DNA from: Naegleria gruberi
Taxonomy: Eukaryota
NCBI GenBank assembly: GCA_000004985.1
Contig: GG738845.1
Length of the DNA: 64,000 nucleotides
Reading direction: 5' to 3' (one strand)
Position numbers and translations under genes: made by a program
The notes under the pieces: model-generated
Database searches by the model: none
Told to the model about the DNA's origin: nothing
The model's input: the letters and a program-made list of their open reading frames with translations, nothing else
Shown: positions 53,766-64,000 of the stretch, piece after piece
Layout of the letters: each line of letters begins with the position of its first letter
How positions within the stretch are numbered: position 1 is the first letter of the stretch

Positions 53766-56525
53766 TTATTGTTGTTTACTCTTGGATTGAGGAGTGGCTG
53801 TTGAGCTCTTTTTTGTTGGTGTAGCAAATGATGCTGAAGAATGGCCATTTGTGGATATCTTGTCTGATGAATGTCCATTATTACTTGTTGATTCACCTTG
53901 ACTCTTCTTTGACTTGATAGATGGTGGGGATGATGATTGGAATTTTTCAGCAAGGGAAGTAAACATTTCCTTATGTTGAGAGAGTTTCTTAACTTGATCT
54001 GTAAAGGCATCCTTAGCTTGTTTCAATTGTAAAACTCTATGACCCATTAATTCTCTCAACTTATCAGAACCCATATTCAAGAAATGAACTCTAATATAAT
54101 TATCCATATTTGTAAAGATTGGATCCAAGAAGAATGCATTAAATTTAGCTCTAATATACTTGACAAACATTGCTCTTACTCCTGCAAAAAGTTGAGCTGC
54201 TACCTTCTTAATCTTTTCACATTTTTCCTCAGTTAATTCTCTTCCTTTAAATTGTTCAAATGCAATATAGAGTGAATCATTGGAATCATCAACAGTTTGT
54301 TTAACTCTTTCAATAGTTTCCTCTTCTTTTGGATGGAGTAAGTCATATTCTAAATGTTTCCTTGGTGCTTGTGCAGAAATTAAATCCCAATCCATAATTT
54401 TAACAAATGTTTCAAATTCATCTGAGGTTTTTGTTCTTACATCCTTTAGTACTGAATCAATAAATTCTTCACAAACTTTGAAAAGTTCATTTGAGAATGC
54501 CTTATATCGTGAAGATAGAGAATTATTCTTAACCATATATTGAATAACCAATTTGAAAAGTAATTTCATAACAAACTTGCTTCTTTGAAGTAGGCATTCA
54601 ATAAGAGGTTTAAATACCATTCTACATTTCTTTTGAGCTAAATCTGTAACACCTCTAATATAATCAGGTGAAGTATGAATTGGATTTACACCAATAGATA
54701 CAGCAACTTCATCATTAGTTGTTTGTGGAAATTCTTGTGCATGAGAAACAACTTCAAATTCTGAAAGTAATCTTTCTAATTGAGCACCACCATATAATTT
54801 AAAGTTACGATTTCTAATTGGTAATTTGTCTTGTAATTGTTGTGGAAATCCAGGCCAATTTTCATTACCACTCTGACCTCTTTCTTCTTCAAGAGTTAAA
54901 CCATTTTTAAGAGTATCAAATTGATTTGTACCATTCAAAGCTTTTGTTACATTATTTACATAGGCACCAATCATATGTGTAATTTGAGATTCAATATTTT
55001 CCTTTTCAATTTCATCTAATTCTGAAGTAATTTTTTCAAGTTGAATTTTTCTCTTACTCAATAAATTTTCAAGTGAAGTTAAAACAGGTGAAATATTTTC
55101 AACATATTTCTCATTCAAAAGTTTTTCTAAATATCTCTTTAAATTATAAAAACCTAATTGAGACTTATACTTTTGTTCATCAAACCCAACCTTTGTTAAC
55201 TTTTTAAAATCTTTGAGATAGGTATTAACAATTTCATTCTTAAATTCTTCTTCTGCTATATTTCTTGTACCATGACCAGAAGGTAATGAAATATAAAAAA
55301 CTTTAGATAAATCTTGAATATTTCCATCAGTTGAAATATAATCATTTGCTTCTTTACCATCTCTAAATTGATTATTTCTATTATTAAATTTAGTTATAAC
55401 AAAAATTGTTCTTTCAAAATTTGGATCTGCCTTCTTAATGATAGGTCTTACTTGAGTATTACACCATTCAACAGTTGATTGTTCTAATGCTACAATAATT
55501 CTATTTTGTGGTTTGATTAATCCCATAACTGTTTTGTGAATTCTTTCACCAAGAGGATCAGTATCACCTTTTCTAAACCCTGGTGTATCATAAATTGTTA
55601 AATTAGCACAATACTTATATTTTACACGAAGTACAATAGGTCTAGAACTAACACCACCTTTTCCACAAACTTCATCTGTTCTTCTTCTAATTTCTTTTTC
55701 TAATAATGGTACAGGTGTTGCTTCTTCTTCAATATCAGAAGGTGATGCTTCTTTGAAAAAGTGACATAATGGTTTTTCAGATGAAGGATCATTTACCATT
55801 TGTAAAATGAGTGGTCTTCTTGTACCAATTTGTGTATCAACAGTATTGAATTGAAATCCTAGAAGTGCTTCTACAAAACTTGATTTACCATCAGATTGCA
55901 TTCCAACAACTACTAATTCTGGTGCTTCAAACTTAAGTTTGTGTTCATTTGCAACAGTTTGTAAATTATTAAAGGCTTCATAAAGTAACTTATTCTCTTT
56001 AGAATTTCCTTGAAGTATTGATGTCAGTAATTGTCTTTCCTTTTCTACTTTTTCTTTGAGTTTTTGCTTGTCAATTGTTGATTTTACGGAAGGCTTTTTT
56101 TGTGCAGAGTTAGATGTTTGATTAGAATTACTAGTTGATTTTCTAGAATCAGTTGATGATGGTGTTTTAGTTGGTGATGAATGTTTTACAGGAGATGATG
56201 GTACACTAAAGCCTTCAAATTCTTGTGAACTTAGTTCTGGAGCATAATTACTACTTGTAGTTGCAGGATTGGTCAATGTCTGACTAGCAAAACCACTATC
56301 ATCTAAATTGGTTGAATCAAGAACAACTTCACCACTTTCATCAACCATACTATTATCAAGATTTTGTGAGAGGGTAGTTGACTCATCAAAGCCTATAGAT
56401 GATACATTTCCTGCATCTCCGAAGGATCCATGAGGTGGTGAAAATGTTAACTCTTCCTCATAGTATGATTGTTTAACCTTCTTTTGTTCGGCGTTACCAT
56501 TGGATGGATGTTCCTTTCTCTTCAT
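53766..56525 (-). CDS. dynamin-family large GTPase with long S/T-rich N-terminal extension
   Basis: 'FEAPELVVVGMQSDGKSSFVEALLGFQFNTVDTQIGTRRPLILQMVND' is a dynamin G1/P-loop (cf. 'LPQIVVVGSQSSGKSSVLE...G.GI.TRRPL.LQL'). 'LTIYDTPGF' corresponds to 'LTLVDLPG', and 'FVITKFN' is a G4-like N/TKxD region. The roughly 200-aa N-terminus is S/T/N-rich. Confidence 0.7.
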   Translation of the reverse strand: MKRKEHPSNGNAEQKKVKQSYYEEELTFSPPHGSFGDAGNVSSIGFDESTTLSQNLDNSMVDESGEVVLDSTNLDDSGFASQTLTNPATTSSNYAPELSSQEFEGFSVPSSPVKHSSPTKTPSSTDSRKSTSNSNQTSNSAQKKPSVKSTIDKQKLKEKVEKERQLLTSILQGNSKENKLLYEAFNNLQTVANEHKLKFEAPELVVVGMQSDGKSSFVEALLGFQFNTVDTQIGTRRPLILQMVNDPSSEKPLCHFFKEASPSDIEEEATPVPLLEKEIRRRTDEVCGKGGVSSRPIVLRVKYKYCANLTIYDTPGFRKGDTDPLGERIHKTVMGLIKPQNRIIVALEQSTVEWCNTQVRPIIKKADPNFERTIFVITKFNNRNNQFRDGKEANDYISTDGNIQDLSKVFYISLPSGHGTRNIAEEEFKNEIVNTYLKDFKKLTKVGFDEQKYKSQLGFYNLKRYLEKLLNEKYVENISPVLTSLENLLSKRKIQLEKITSELDEIEKENIESQITHMIGAYVNNVTKALNGTNQFDTLKNGLTLEEERGQSGNENWPGFPQQLQDKLPIRNRNFKLYGGAQLERLLSEFEVVSHAQEFPQTTNDEVAVSIGVNPIHTSPDYIRGVTDLAQKKCRMVFKPLIECLLQRSKFVMKLLFKLVIQYMVKNNSLSSRYKAFSNELFKVCEEFIDSVLKDVRTKTSDEFETFVKIMDWDLISAQAPRKHLEYDLLHPKEEETIERVKQTVDDSNDSLYIAFEQFKGRELTEEKCEKIKKVAAQLFAGVRAMFVKYIRAKFNAFFLDPIFTNMDNYIRVHFLNMGSDKLRELMGHRVLQLKQAKDAFTDQVKKLSQHKEMFTSLAEKFQSSSPPSIKSKKSQGESTSNNGHSSDKISTNGHSSASFATPTKKSSTATPQSKSKQQ

Positions 56526-56794
56526 GATGATGACTTGGGTTTTTCAAAAAGGCTTTTTTAAATCTAGATTGTGTGTGACGAAATCACAGAGAGAGAGAAC
56601 ACGAGTGGGTGTTTTTTTTTGTTGGTTTTTTGTGTCTTAAAATAAAGCCTCCTGGACTTTCCACCCACTAGAAGAAGTAAAAATTTCCAGCGCCAGGTAG
56701 AAAACAAAAACAAGCCTAAAAATGAAATACAAAAAATAATAAATTAAAATTAATATTTTATTGTTGCAAAGACTCTTTGACATAAATTTGTGGA

Positions 56795-58704
56795 TTATGG
56801 TTGAACTATAGGTGTATGTCTACTTTCATCAGTTCTCTCCATAATATTTCCATGCTTACCAAGAGTTCTATCCACATGTTTAATACCATTCAAAGGTTGC
56901 CAAACCAAGCGATAGTACCAATATTGTATTAATGACCAACTAGATTCCAAATCTTCCAAAGTTTTGGCAAAATAAGAGTAGTAGCATTGATCGTATGGTC
57001 TCAATACATTATCATGAATTTGATAGTACATGAGTTCAGAATTGAGGAGAATGGATCCTCCAATAGTTTGAATGAAAGGATCAAATTCTTCATTGAAATG
57101 GTAGGCCTTTCCTTTCAAACTCATTATCTTTTCAATAGCATCATGAATGGTGAATTGAACCTGATAGTCATCAATGGAGAGTTCTTGTATGGTTTTGAGA
57201 TTTTTCTTTTCAGCTTTCTGAAGTGCAATATATCTGGCTGCTAACAGACAAGCCATATGGAGTTTTCTTTCGTAATGATCTTTTTCTCCATCCAAGTAAT
57301 TCAACAAGGATTGATTCGCAATTCTATCAAGTTCTTGTTTTTTTGTTGATTGATTTTCTACAAGTGATAATTGATGTTTCATTAATTCTGGCGTGAAATA
57401 TTTTTCATAAAATGTTCCAATCTTGGATGGGTTTCCTCCAACAATGTCATGAATAGTCTCAAAACTACAATCTTCAAATAGGTTACCATATTGAAGCTTT
57501 GACTCAAACATTTCATCCTCAATTATTTCAATGAATTTCACCTGTTCAGTGTCCATTTTCAACTCGGGTATCATTTGATAATTATAATAATTACCAGCCA
57601 CTTCAATAATTGTTGGAACAAAAGCATCCAAGTACATGGCAGTAATTCTCAAAAGAACCATATCATGTAAGTTGGCTCCCCTTTCATCACTTGAAAATAC
57701 ATCTTCAGGAATGTCAGATTGGTATTGACGAATATCACTTCTTGACAATAGTGCCACAGATTTTGAAAATACATCCAACAGGTTAAATCCATTAATAAAT
57801 AGTTTTGGTTTGACACCAAAATGTGGTTTGTATGCAAAATATTCCAATGTAGAGAATAAGAATGAGAGTACCTCAATTCCAGTTCTTTGTTTTTTACCAC
57901 TCCCCAACTCTCTAAATGTTTAACTAAAATTAATATTATTTAAAAACTTGAAACTTACATGAACGCTAATAAATCTATTGAAAATCTAACTGCATTCGAA
58001 ATTTTACAATCATAATAGGGAAGTTTTTCACTAATTTTCTCAATCAACAGTAAAATGACCTCTTGTGAATGATCACTACTCAATTTTTCATATAATTTTT
58101 TGATTTCCACACTCGATTCCACTATAGATTTAATCTCATCTCTTGTTGAGATGAACTTTTCTAAAAAGTAATAATTTATATTATTTCGTTCTGTTAATAT
58201 TTTCATCAGGTCTGATACTCCAAAATCATTACTTGCCCTCTTTACACACTTTATCAATTCTTGAATGCAAATCTGATCCAGACAATACTCTGCAAAATGA
58301 TCAAAATCTATCGGAAGTTGTGTATTATTAATTTCCTCCCTTGTTTTTAGAAAATATGTTTCAAAATCCAAATAAATAGGAACTCCAACATTTTGTGTTA
58401 CAATCTTTTCCATAACTTGCAGCATGGTTTGTGTCTTTCCACATCCATCTGGTCCAACAAGAAATAAACACCTCCGTGATGTAGTATCCTCACTCAATAA
58501 TCGTTGAATTTTAGAAATGATGAGTCTTTTCCTAGCAAATTTAAATTCCCTTCTCTCGTTATTGGTCACTATAGATTTCAAAACTCCAAAACTATTATGA
58601 AATAATCTTCCTTGAGCAATTTGATTAATAGTTGTGGTGACTCTATTTTTTCTGTTGAAGGAAGAAATTCCTCTTCCACAAGTCGTCTTGATGGCTTGTT
58701 TCAT
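56795..58704 (-). CDS. origin recognition complex subunit 5 (ORC5)-like protein, 2 exons
   Basis: Track ORFs 57955..58704 and 56795..57907 join through a roughly 47-nt intron, about 57913..57959 (GTAAGT...CATTTAG), giving '...SIDLLAFIELGSGKKQRTGIEVLS...'. The N-terminus 'RKRLIISKIQRLLSEDTTSRRCLFLVGPDGCGKTQTMLQVMEKIV...PIYLDFETYF' resembles human ORC5 '[44 protein letters not shown]...VFVNCVECFT'. The C-terminal 'ERKLHMACLLAARYIALQ' resembles ORC5 'YSKFILIAAYLASYNP'. Confidence 0.45.
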
Positions 58705-59102
58705 TTTTTAAATATTTAATTCATCAACATAATAATTAATCTTTTTTTTATTGTTCTTTTTCTTTTCATAGTGATAGGCAAATTTAGTTGGATTAAAGAT
58801 AATCCTCTCTTTTGATAATTATTTTTACTATTAAATTCATTCACTTGTTGTAATCTTTCTTGATATTTTGTAATTTCAATAATTCTATCCCACATTAAAC
58901 ATCATTCTATGAACAAAGATAACAATGTGTAATAATAGTACGTAAGAAGATATTGCTAACTTTGTATCACAATTTATGATACTGGAGCACAAAAACTCAG
59001 TTGCTGTTGCAGTACTGTACTTCTACTGGGAGAGAGAGTGATGTATGCACAGCTGTGAATCTTCATCCTTAAAAAAATTCAAATAATAACCTGCAACCAG
59101 AG

Positions 59103-60275
59103 ATGTTGTCTCGTCGTGCCAACATAATGTCGATGAGTATGGGAAAGGCCTTGATCCTTACTGTATTGTTGGTATTGTCCTTGTGCGTTTTGGGTTCGAC
59201 TGCTCAAGATATTTCATCCCTGTTGAGTGCCATTAAGCAACAAACCTCAACAAGTGGTGGCAGTGATTCATCCTTAACCGCCGAGGAAATTAAGAAGGTC
59301 TATGATGAAAAGAGGAAGAATTTGGAAACTCTCAGAAAGACTGAAGTTTCCCTTCTTGCCGTTGAGGAAGCCATCAGGAAGTACGGAAGTAATAATTTAT
59401 TATACAAACAACGTTTGGAAAAATTGAATGAAATCGCTGCTGTTAAACGTGTCCTTCAAAATGAAGTTGCGTCTTTAATGTTCTTGTGTGAGGAAAAGAA
59501 GTGTAATGCTGTCAAGCCAAAGGAGGAACCAAAGCAAACTGTTCAATTGGCACCTGCTGTACCTCCAACTGTCACGGCTCCACAACCTGCTGTTCTAGGT
59601 CAACAAGTTGTTTCATCAGTACCAATGGCTACAATGACTATTGGTCCTATTCCACTTGATGGAGATAGACCTCATCGCAAGAGAAGTGCTCCACCAGCAA
59701 TGAAAAAGGATGATTTCATTGATAGAAAGCAACAAGAGGAAGAAATTGAACAAATTTTCAAACCACCAGTCTCAACACTTTCATTTGGAGAAGACTTCCC
59801 AGGGTTTGATGAACCTCCAATGCCTGAAGAACCTTCCATTCCAGAACCATCTATTCCAGAAACAGGTTTTGGGAAGAAAAAAGTCTCAGGGGCTGTATGG
59901 CCTTTTGAAGAACAAGAAGATGAAATTGTCAAATATTCTTCTCCAACAACTGAATCTGGCCAAACACCAAGAAAATCAAAGAAGGAAATCAGAAAACCTA
60001 CCAAGAAATCAGTTCAAAAGAGACGAGGCAAAAAGGATTATGCCAAACCAGTACAAAATAATTTATTAAATCTATTGAAAAATAAGAAGAATGGAAAGAA
60101 GAAATTCACAAGAAAGTCATCTGGTGGAAAGAAGAAGTCATCTGGAAAAAAGGATCTTTCTCCAAAATCAGCAGGCAAAAAGTCAGCACGTGGAAAGCAA
60201 GTAAAAACTAAATCCACCGAAACTGCTCAAAAAAAAACCAAAAGTGCCAAGAGAAATGGTAAGGCAAAGAATTAA
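59103..60275 (+). CDS. secreted protein with predicted signal peptide and lysine-rich (H1-like) C-terminal tail
   Basis: 'MGKALILTVLLVLSLCVLGSTAQ' is a hydrophobic leader. The C-terminus is 'KKSVQKRRGKKDYAKP...KKKFTRKSSGGKKKSSGKKDLSPKSAGKKSARGKQVKTKST...AKRNGKAKN'. No homologue recognised. Confidence 0.4.
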   Translation: MLSRRANIMSMSMGKALILTVLLVLSLCVLGSTAQDISSLLSAIKQQTSTSGGSDSSLTAEEIKKVYDEKRKNLETLRKTEVSLLAVEEAIRKYGSNNLLYKQRLEKLNEIAAVKRVLQNEVASLMFLCEEKKCNAVKPKEEPKQTVQLAPAVPPTVTAPQPAVLGQQVVSSVPMATMTIGPIPLDGDRPHRKRSAPPAMKKDDFIDRKQQEEEIEQIFKPPVSTLSFGEDFPGFDEPPMPEEPSIPEPSIPETGFGKKKVSGAVWPFEEQEDEIVKYSSPTTESGQTPRKSKKEIRKPTKKSVQKRRGKKDYAKPVQNNLLNLLKNKKNGKKKFTRKSSGGKKKSSGKKDLSPKSAGKKSARGKQVKTKSTETAQKKTKSAKRNGKAKN

Positions 60276-60822
60276 CAAGTTGTCTTGACATAATACTACC
60301 TTTGCTCTCTTCCGTACTTTCTTGTGTACACTGTTATCCACAATGAATTAATAAAGATGTGTTGAAAGTGGAGAAAGAAATATTAGGTTTAACGCTATTG
60401 CAATCATTACCAATTCCATTAGCAATTGAAGAAATATTTATTATTTAGAGGTTAATTAATACCAATATTTATAATATTGTCATTATATTAGTGTGTTGAA
60501 GTGGTGAAAGGTTATTTAATAACATTTGAAACTACTGTAATTATTTACAAAATCTTTACACAGTGGTTTGATAAAAATTGTGCGACACCACCAGAACATT
60601 AATAAAAATGGAATCTATCCTGTTCCTCCTATTCTGCTAGTCAACCACGATTGGGATGGCTAGGAGCAACAGCCAATGGCTGTTTTATGGTGATAAAATC
60701 ATTTCACCAAGGTTAATTTTTCTGATGATCCTCAATAAACTAATTCCTCTCTCTACTGTTTATTCGTATGAATTTAAAGAATATTTCGAGTGTGTGCACT
60801 TAATCATCAAAAAAACTAACCA

Positions 60823-62104
60823 ATGACCACCACAAGTACTGATGATTCGAACAATGATTGTCAGTGTGGTGCTGATGACGTTTGTTGTGTACCACCTCAA
60901 TCCGAAATAAATGTGGAAAAAGAGATGATGATTCATGCATCTACAACAACATCTCAAACATCATCTCAAAACTATTTCACAAAAGAAAAGGAAATTGAAA
61001 AATTGAAAAGTGAACTCTTGCATTACAAACAACAACATTCTGATTTTAATACAATTATTCAAGCTTTGAAACCACATCCTCCACAACCTACATTTCTCTC
61101 ACCTGCCATGGTTTTGAACAAGATGAAGAATGATGGTATTAGAAAATCAAAATTAACAATTGACCAATTAATAATTCTTTCAGTCATGTCTGGATTATTT
61201 ATTGGATTCGCAGGAACTTTTGCATTGTTTACTGCTGGCAATTGTAAAACAATGGAAATTGATAATCCAGGTTTAAACAAATTCTTTTTTGGAGCGTAAG
61301 TTTAAATCATTCTTTAAATTGTCAAGTGTTGAATGAAATTTTAGAGTCTTCCCTATTGGTTTGATATTGGTAATCATGTTGGGTACTGAATTATTCACTG
61401 GAAATAATCTTGTTCTTCTAATTGGTTTCTTCTCAAGAAAGTGGAGAAACAAAAAGATAGGTCTTCACTATCTACAAGTCTCTAAGAACTTACTCATCTC
61501 ATTCGTATTCAATGTGTTGGGAGCTGCATTATTTGCCTACTTGTTTGTCTATCTTGTTCAACCAACTAGTGATGCACATTGGGTTACAACAGTGAAGAAT
61601 ATTGCTGTGGCTAAAGTTGCCAAGTCATTTGGTCAGATTGTCTTGTTGGCAATTGTTTGTAACATGATGGTCACTCTGGCCGTGTTTATTACCAATGCAG
61701 CCACAACAGTTGAAGGTAAGATCATTGGTGCCTGGCTACCTATCATGGCGTTTGCTGCTACAGGTTTTGAGCACTCCATTGCTAATACATTCTTCATTCC
61801 ATTGGCAATGATGTATGGTGCTGATGTTACGGCCTATCAATTCCTAATTGATAACTTGTTACCATCAACGATTGGTAATATTATTGGAGGATCCATTGTG
61901 GTTGGTTGCTTCTTCTACTATGTTCATGATTTTAGAAGTAATCATCCTAGAATTGTGTTCAATTTAATTGAAAAGATGTATGCCAAGTTGAAGATGTGGT
62001 TTTTGAAGAGATTGAGGCAAGAATTACCAGTTGTGGATGAGGAAAATAAGGAACAAAGAGAAATTGAAATGCAACAAGTGGATTCTTCGGCTCAGATGGT
62101 GTGA
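60823..62104 (+). CDS. formate/nitrite transporter (FNT) family channel with long N-terminal extension, 2 exons
   Basis: Exon 1 is 60823..61295 and the 49-nt intron 61296..61344 runs GTAAGT...TTTTAG. Exon 2 is 61345..62104. The spliced protein contains 'FFFGAVFPIGLILVIMLGTELFTGNNLV' and 'ATGFEHSIANTFFIPLAMMYG', the two FNT signature loops (GxELFTGN and GFEHSIANMF). Confidence 0.8.
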
Positions 62105-62246
62105 GTGCCTGTTGGGAGTTTTACCATGATGATTTTAAGTGGTGGTGATTTTCAGATACATTTCAAATTAGTTCACACAAGCTAATAAAGAACCTTGCGA
62201 AATTGTGAGGTGATTATATGAATTAGTGCATAACATCATCCTACAA

Positions 62247-64000
62247 TTAAACATCATCTTTATTTTCAATGATTGAAAAGAGAAATGGTGCTATTTGTAC
62301 AAGAAGATTCCTATTTCTTTCAAACTCCTTTTCAACTTGTTCCAAACGGGATGCTGATTTTTGAAAGTTTGCTTGTGTTAGCTCTTGACTGAGTAGATAA
62401 ATAATTTCACACAATTGAGTGCATTGATCAAAAATAGTATAGATTGGTATCATGATTTGCTTCTTATTGAGGAAACATCTTTGATGTATCTTTAGGATGG
62501 CATTGGTATGTATTTTTCTAGCTGTCTCAAAGTCTTTGGTTTCTGTGGAAATTGACTTTTCCATAGCCATAAATTCGCTATCAGTAACTTCTGTATGTAA
62601 ATAAAATTGTAAATTGTACATGAAATTTGACATTTTAGACCTCAACACTAGTGTCCAAGAAAGCTCTGGGAATGGTTTTGAAGATCTACTTCTAGTAAGG
62701 GGTAGCCACGAGTTGGAGAGTTTCAATTCCATTCTTTTACAAGTTAACATGAATTGGAAAATATCATTGTAAAGCTCAATAATATCTTCTGTAAAGAAGA
62801 GATTGAGCGGCCAACCAACTCTGAATTGCAGAGAAATTTCATTAGGCCAATGTTTGGATTTGAGAAGGTCAAATTTGGTAGAATCCTCCTTAAGAATTAT
62901 CTTTTCATAGCTTGGAGTAAAGATGTTCAAAAACTTTTCACCCTCAGCTGAGCTCTTTGATGAAGCTTGTTTGAAAATATTTTTCAAATCCTTTTGTAAA
63001 TGTTGTGGTGTATAGTGTTGTGAGAATATCTTTTCTAAATCCTCGATCAAATAGAGGAAAAAGTCTCCCATTCCCAAGAAAAAGTAGTCCCTAATTGACT
63101 TGATATGGCCCAGCAAATCACAATCCGACACTACCAGATTCCACAAATGACCACCAACAGTCATGCGTATCTTGTCAATCGTAAACTCGAAATTAAATGA
63201 ATTGTATCTCTTTTTAGTCTCATGTATGTTCATGGCTTGTTTAAATTCTACCAGCTCGTCATTTGGTAGCTTGTATTGATTATGTGTATTTGATATGGTG
63301 TTAAATGTTTGCAGTACCTTTATGGCCTTCCCTATGAATAAAATTTTATGGGCAACTCGAAGTGAAATATATGATGGAATTTCATCAGTATTGAGAACGA
63401 ATTGCTTATTCCAATTATCTCTGTTAGCATGAGAGGATGAAATACTTTCATCCAAATTAGAATTATTCAAATTAGATTGATTATCTTCATAAATAAAAAA
63501 CTCGCTTTGATTAGATATTATTCCATAAATCATCCATGCTGATATTTGTTTCATCAATACTACATTGCAGTGAAAAAGTAATTTAGTTATAGTAGCCTCA
63601 ATAATAGGTATTCCAGAAAATGTAGAATTATGTAAAAAATCTAACAATCTGGCTCCAATTAAATTTTCACTTTCAACTTGTTGAATGATATCTAGTAATT
63701 TAGGGAAAATAATTTCATAATCTCTTAGTAATTGTTTTAAATAGGTGAGTGGCATTATATTTTGTATTGTCTCACTTTCAGAATCATCTTCAAATACACA
63801 AAACTCTTGTTCAGCTTTTGTCAAAATCCTCAGATATCCTTCCAAAATTTCCTGCAATCCCTGTTTAAAAGCCATGATATATAACGATTTACTATTGGTT
63901 CTCTCCAAGAAATCGGAAAGCTTTTTATAATAAAATCCAATATTACACACTTGTTGTATGATTTGTTTTTCCGATTCATGAAGAAAGGGTAACTGATCAT
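62247..64000 (-). CDS. gamma-tubulin complex component (GCP/Spc97-Spc98 family), 5'-partial; N-terminus lies beyond the window end
   Basis: 'HIKSIRDYFFLGMGDFFLYLIEDLEKIF' matches the GCP GRIP2 motif ('LRDYLLLGQGDFI..L.D.L'). The track start at 63950 is a GTG, and the frame stays open upstream to position 64000. Confidence 0.7.
   Translation of the reverse strand, partial: DQLPFLHESEKQIIQQVCNIGFYYKKLSDFLERTNSKSLYIMAFKQGLQEILEGYLRILTKAEQEFCVFEDDSESETIQNIMPLTYLKQLLRDYEIIFPKLLDIIQQVESENLIGARLLDFLHNSTFSGIPIIEATITKLLFHCNVVLMKQISAWMIYGIISNQSEFFIYEDNQSNLNNSNLDESISSSHANRDNWNKQFVLNTDEIPSYISLRVAHKILFIGKAIKVLQTFNTISNTHNQYKLPNDELVEFKQAMNIHETKKRYNSFNFEFTIDKIRMTVGGHLWNLVVSDCDLLGHIKSIRDYFFLGMGDFFLYLIEDLEKIFSQHYTPQHLQKDLKNIFKQASSKSSAEGEKFLNIFTPSYEKIILKEDSTKFDLLKSKHWPNEISLQFRVGWPLNLFFTEDIIELYNDIFQFMLTCKRMELKLSNSWLPLTRSRSSKPFPELSWTLVLRSKMSNFMYNLQFYLHTEVTDSEFMAMEKSISTETKDFETARKIHTNAILKIHQRCFLNKKQIMIPIYTIFDQCTQLCEIIYLLSQELTQANFQKSASRLEQVEKEFERNRNLLVQIAPFLFSIIENKDDV

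Noticed and set aside
1-64000. Search for prokaryotic-style systems (CRISPR arrays, operons, defence islands, IS elements, integrons)
   Set aside because: The window is clearly eukaryotic nuclear DNA (spliceosomal introns, eIF2-beta, Mediator, ORC, profilin). There are no direct-repeat or spacer arrays, no inverted-repeat-bounded transposase genes, and no Shine-Dalgarno-linked operons.

Overview
This is an AT-rich, gene-dense nuclear eukaryotic window, with roughly one gene per 1.5 kb on both strands. About 40 protein-coding genes are supported; I recognised no rRNA, tRNA, transposon, CRISPR or prokaryotic system. Introns are short (about 33-115 nt) with GTAAGT, GTATGT or GTGAGT donors and YAG acceptors, and several genes have 5' micro-exons. 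The provided ORF track appears to accept GTG and TTG starts, so several track 'M' residues are not real ATGs. A 475-nt run of N (38254-38728) marks a draft assembly. My own manual coordinates can be off by 1-2 nt where I re-derived exon boundaries.

Gene content includes:
- **Housekeeping:** eIF2-beta, profilin, MED6, YJU2, Dr1/NC2-beta, SDHAF2, PGS1, ORC4, ORC5, a gamma-tubulin complex protein, a sterol reductase, a formate/nitrite transporter, a serpin, WIPI/Atg18 and a Rho GTPase with a RhoGAP.
- **Cilium/flagellum-associated:** GAS8/DRC4, CEP19, CDK20/CCRK, and a 155-aa calmodulin with an N-terminal extension.

This gene content points to a flagellated protist. The calmodulin extension suggests a heterolobosean such as Naegleria, which is an inference only.

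The most unusual points:
- Two conserved enzymes, PGS1 and methionyl-tRNA synthetase, each lack several hundred internal codons at a roughly 50-nt junction. This is either assembly collapse or real gene decay.
- A GAL4-type Zn2Cys6 transcription factor sits in a non-fungal genome.
- A DEAD-box-like protein has degenerate catalytic motifs.
- A RhoGAP and a Rho GTPase are adjacent on the same strand.
- Two convergent gene pairs have stop codons 3-4 bp apart.
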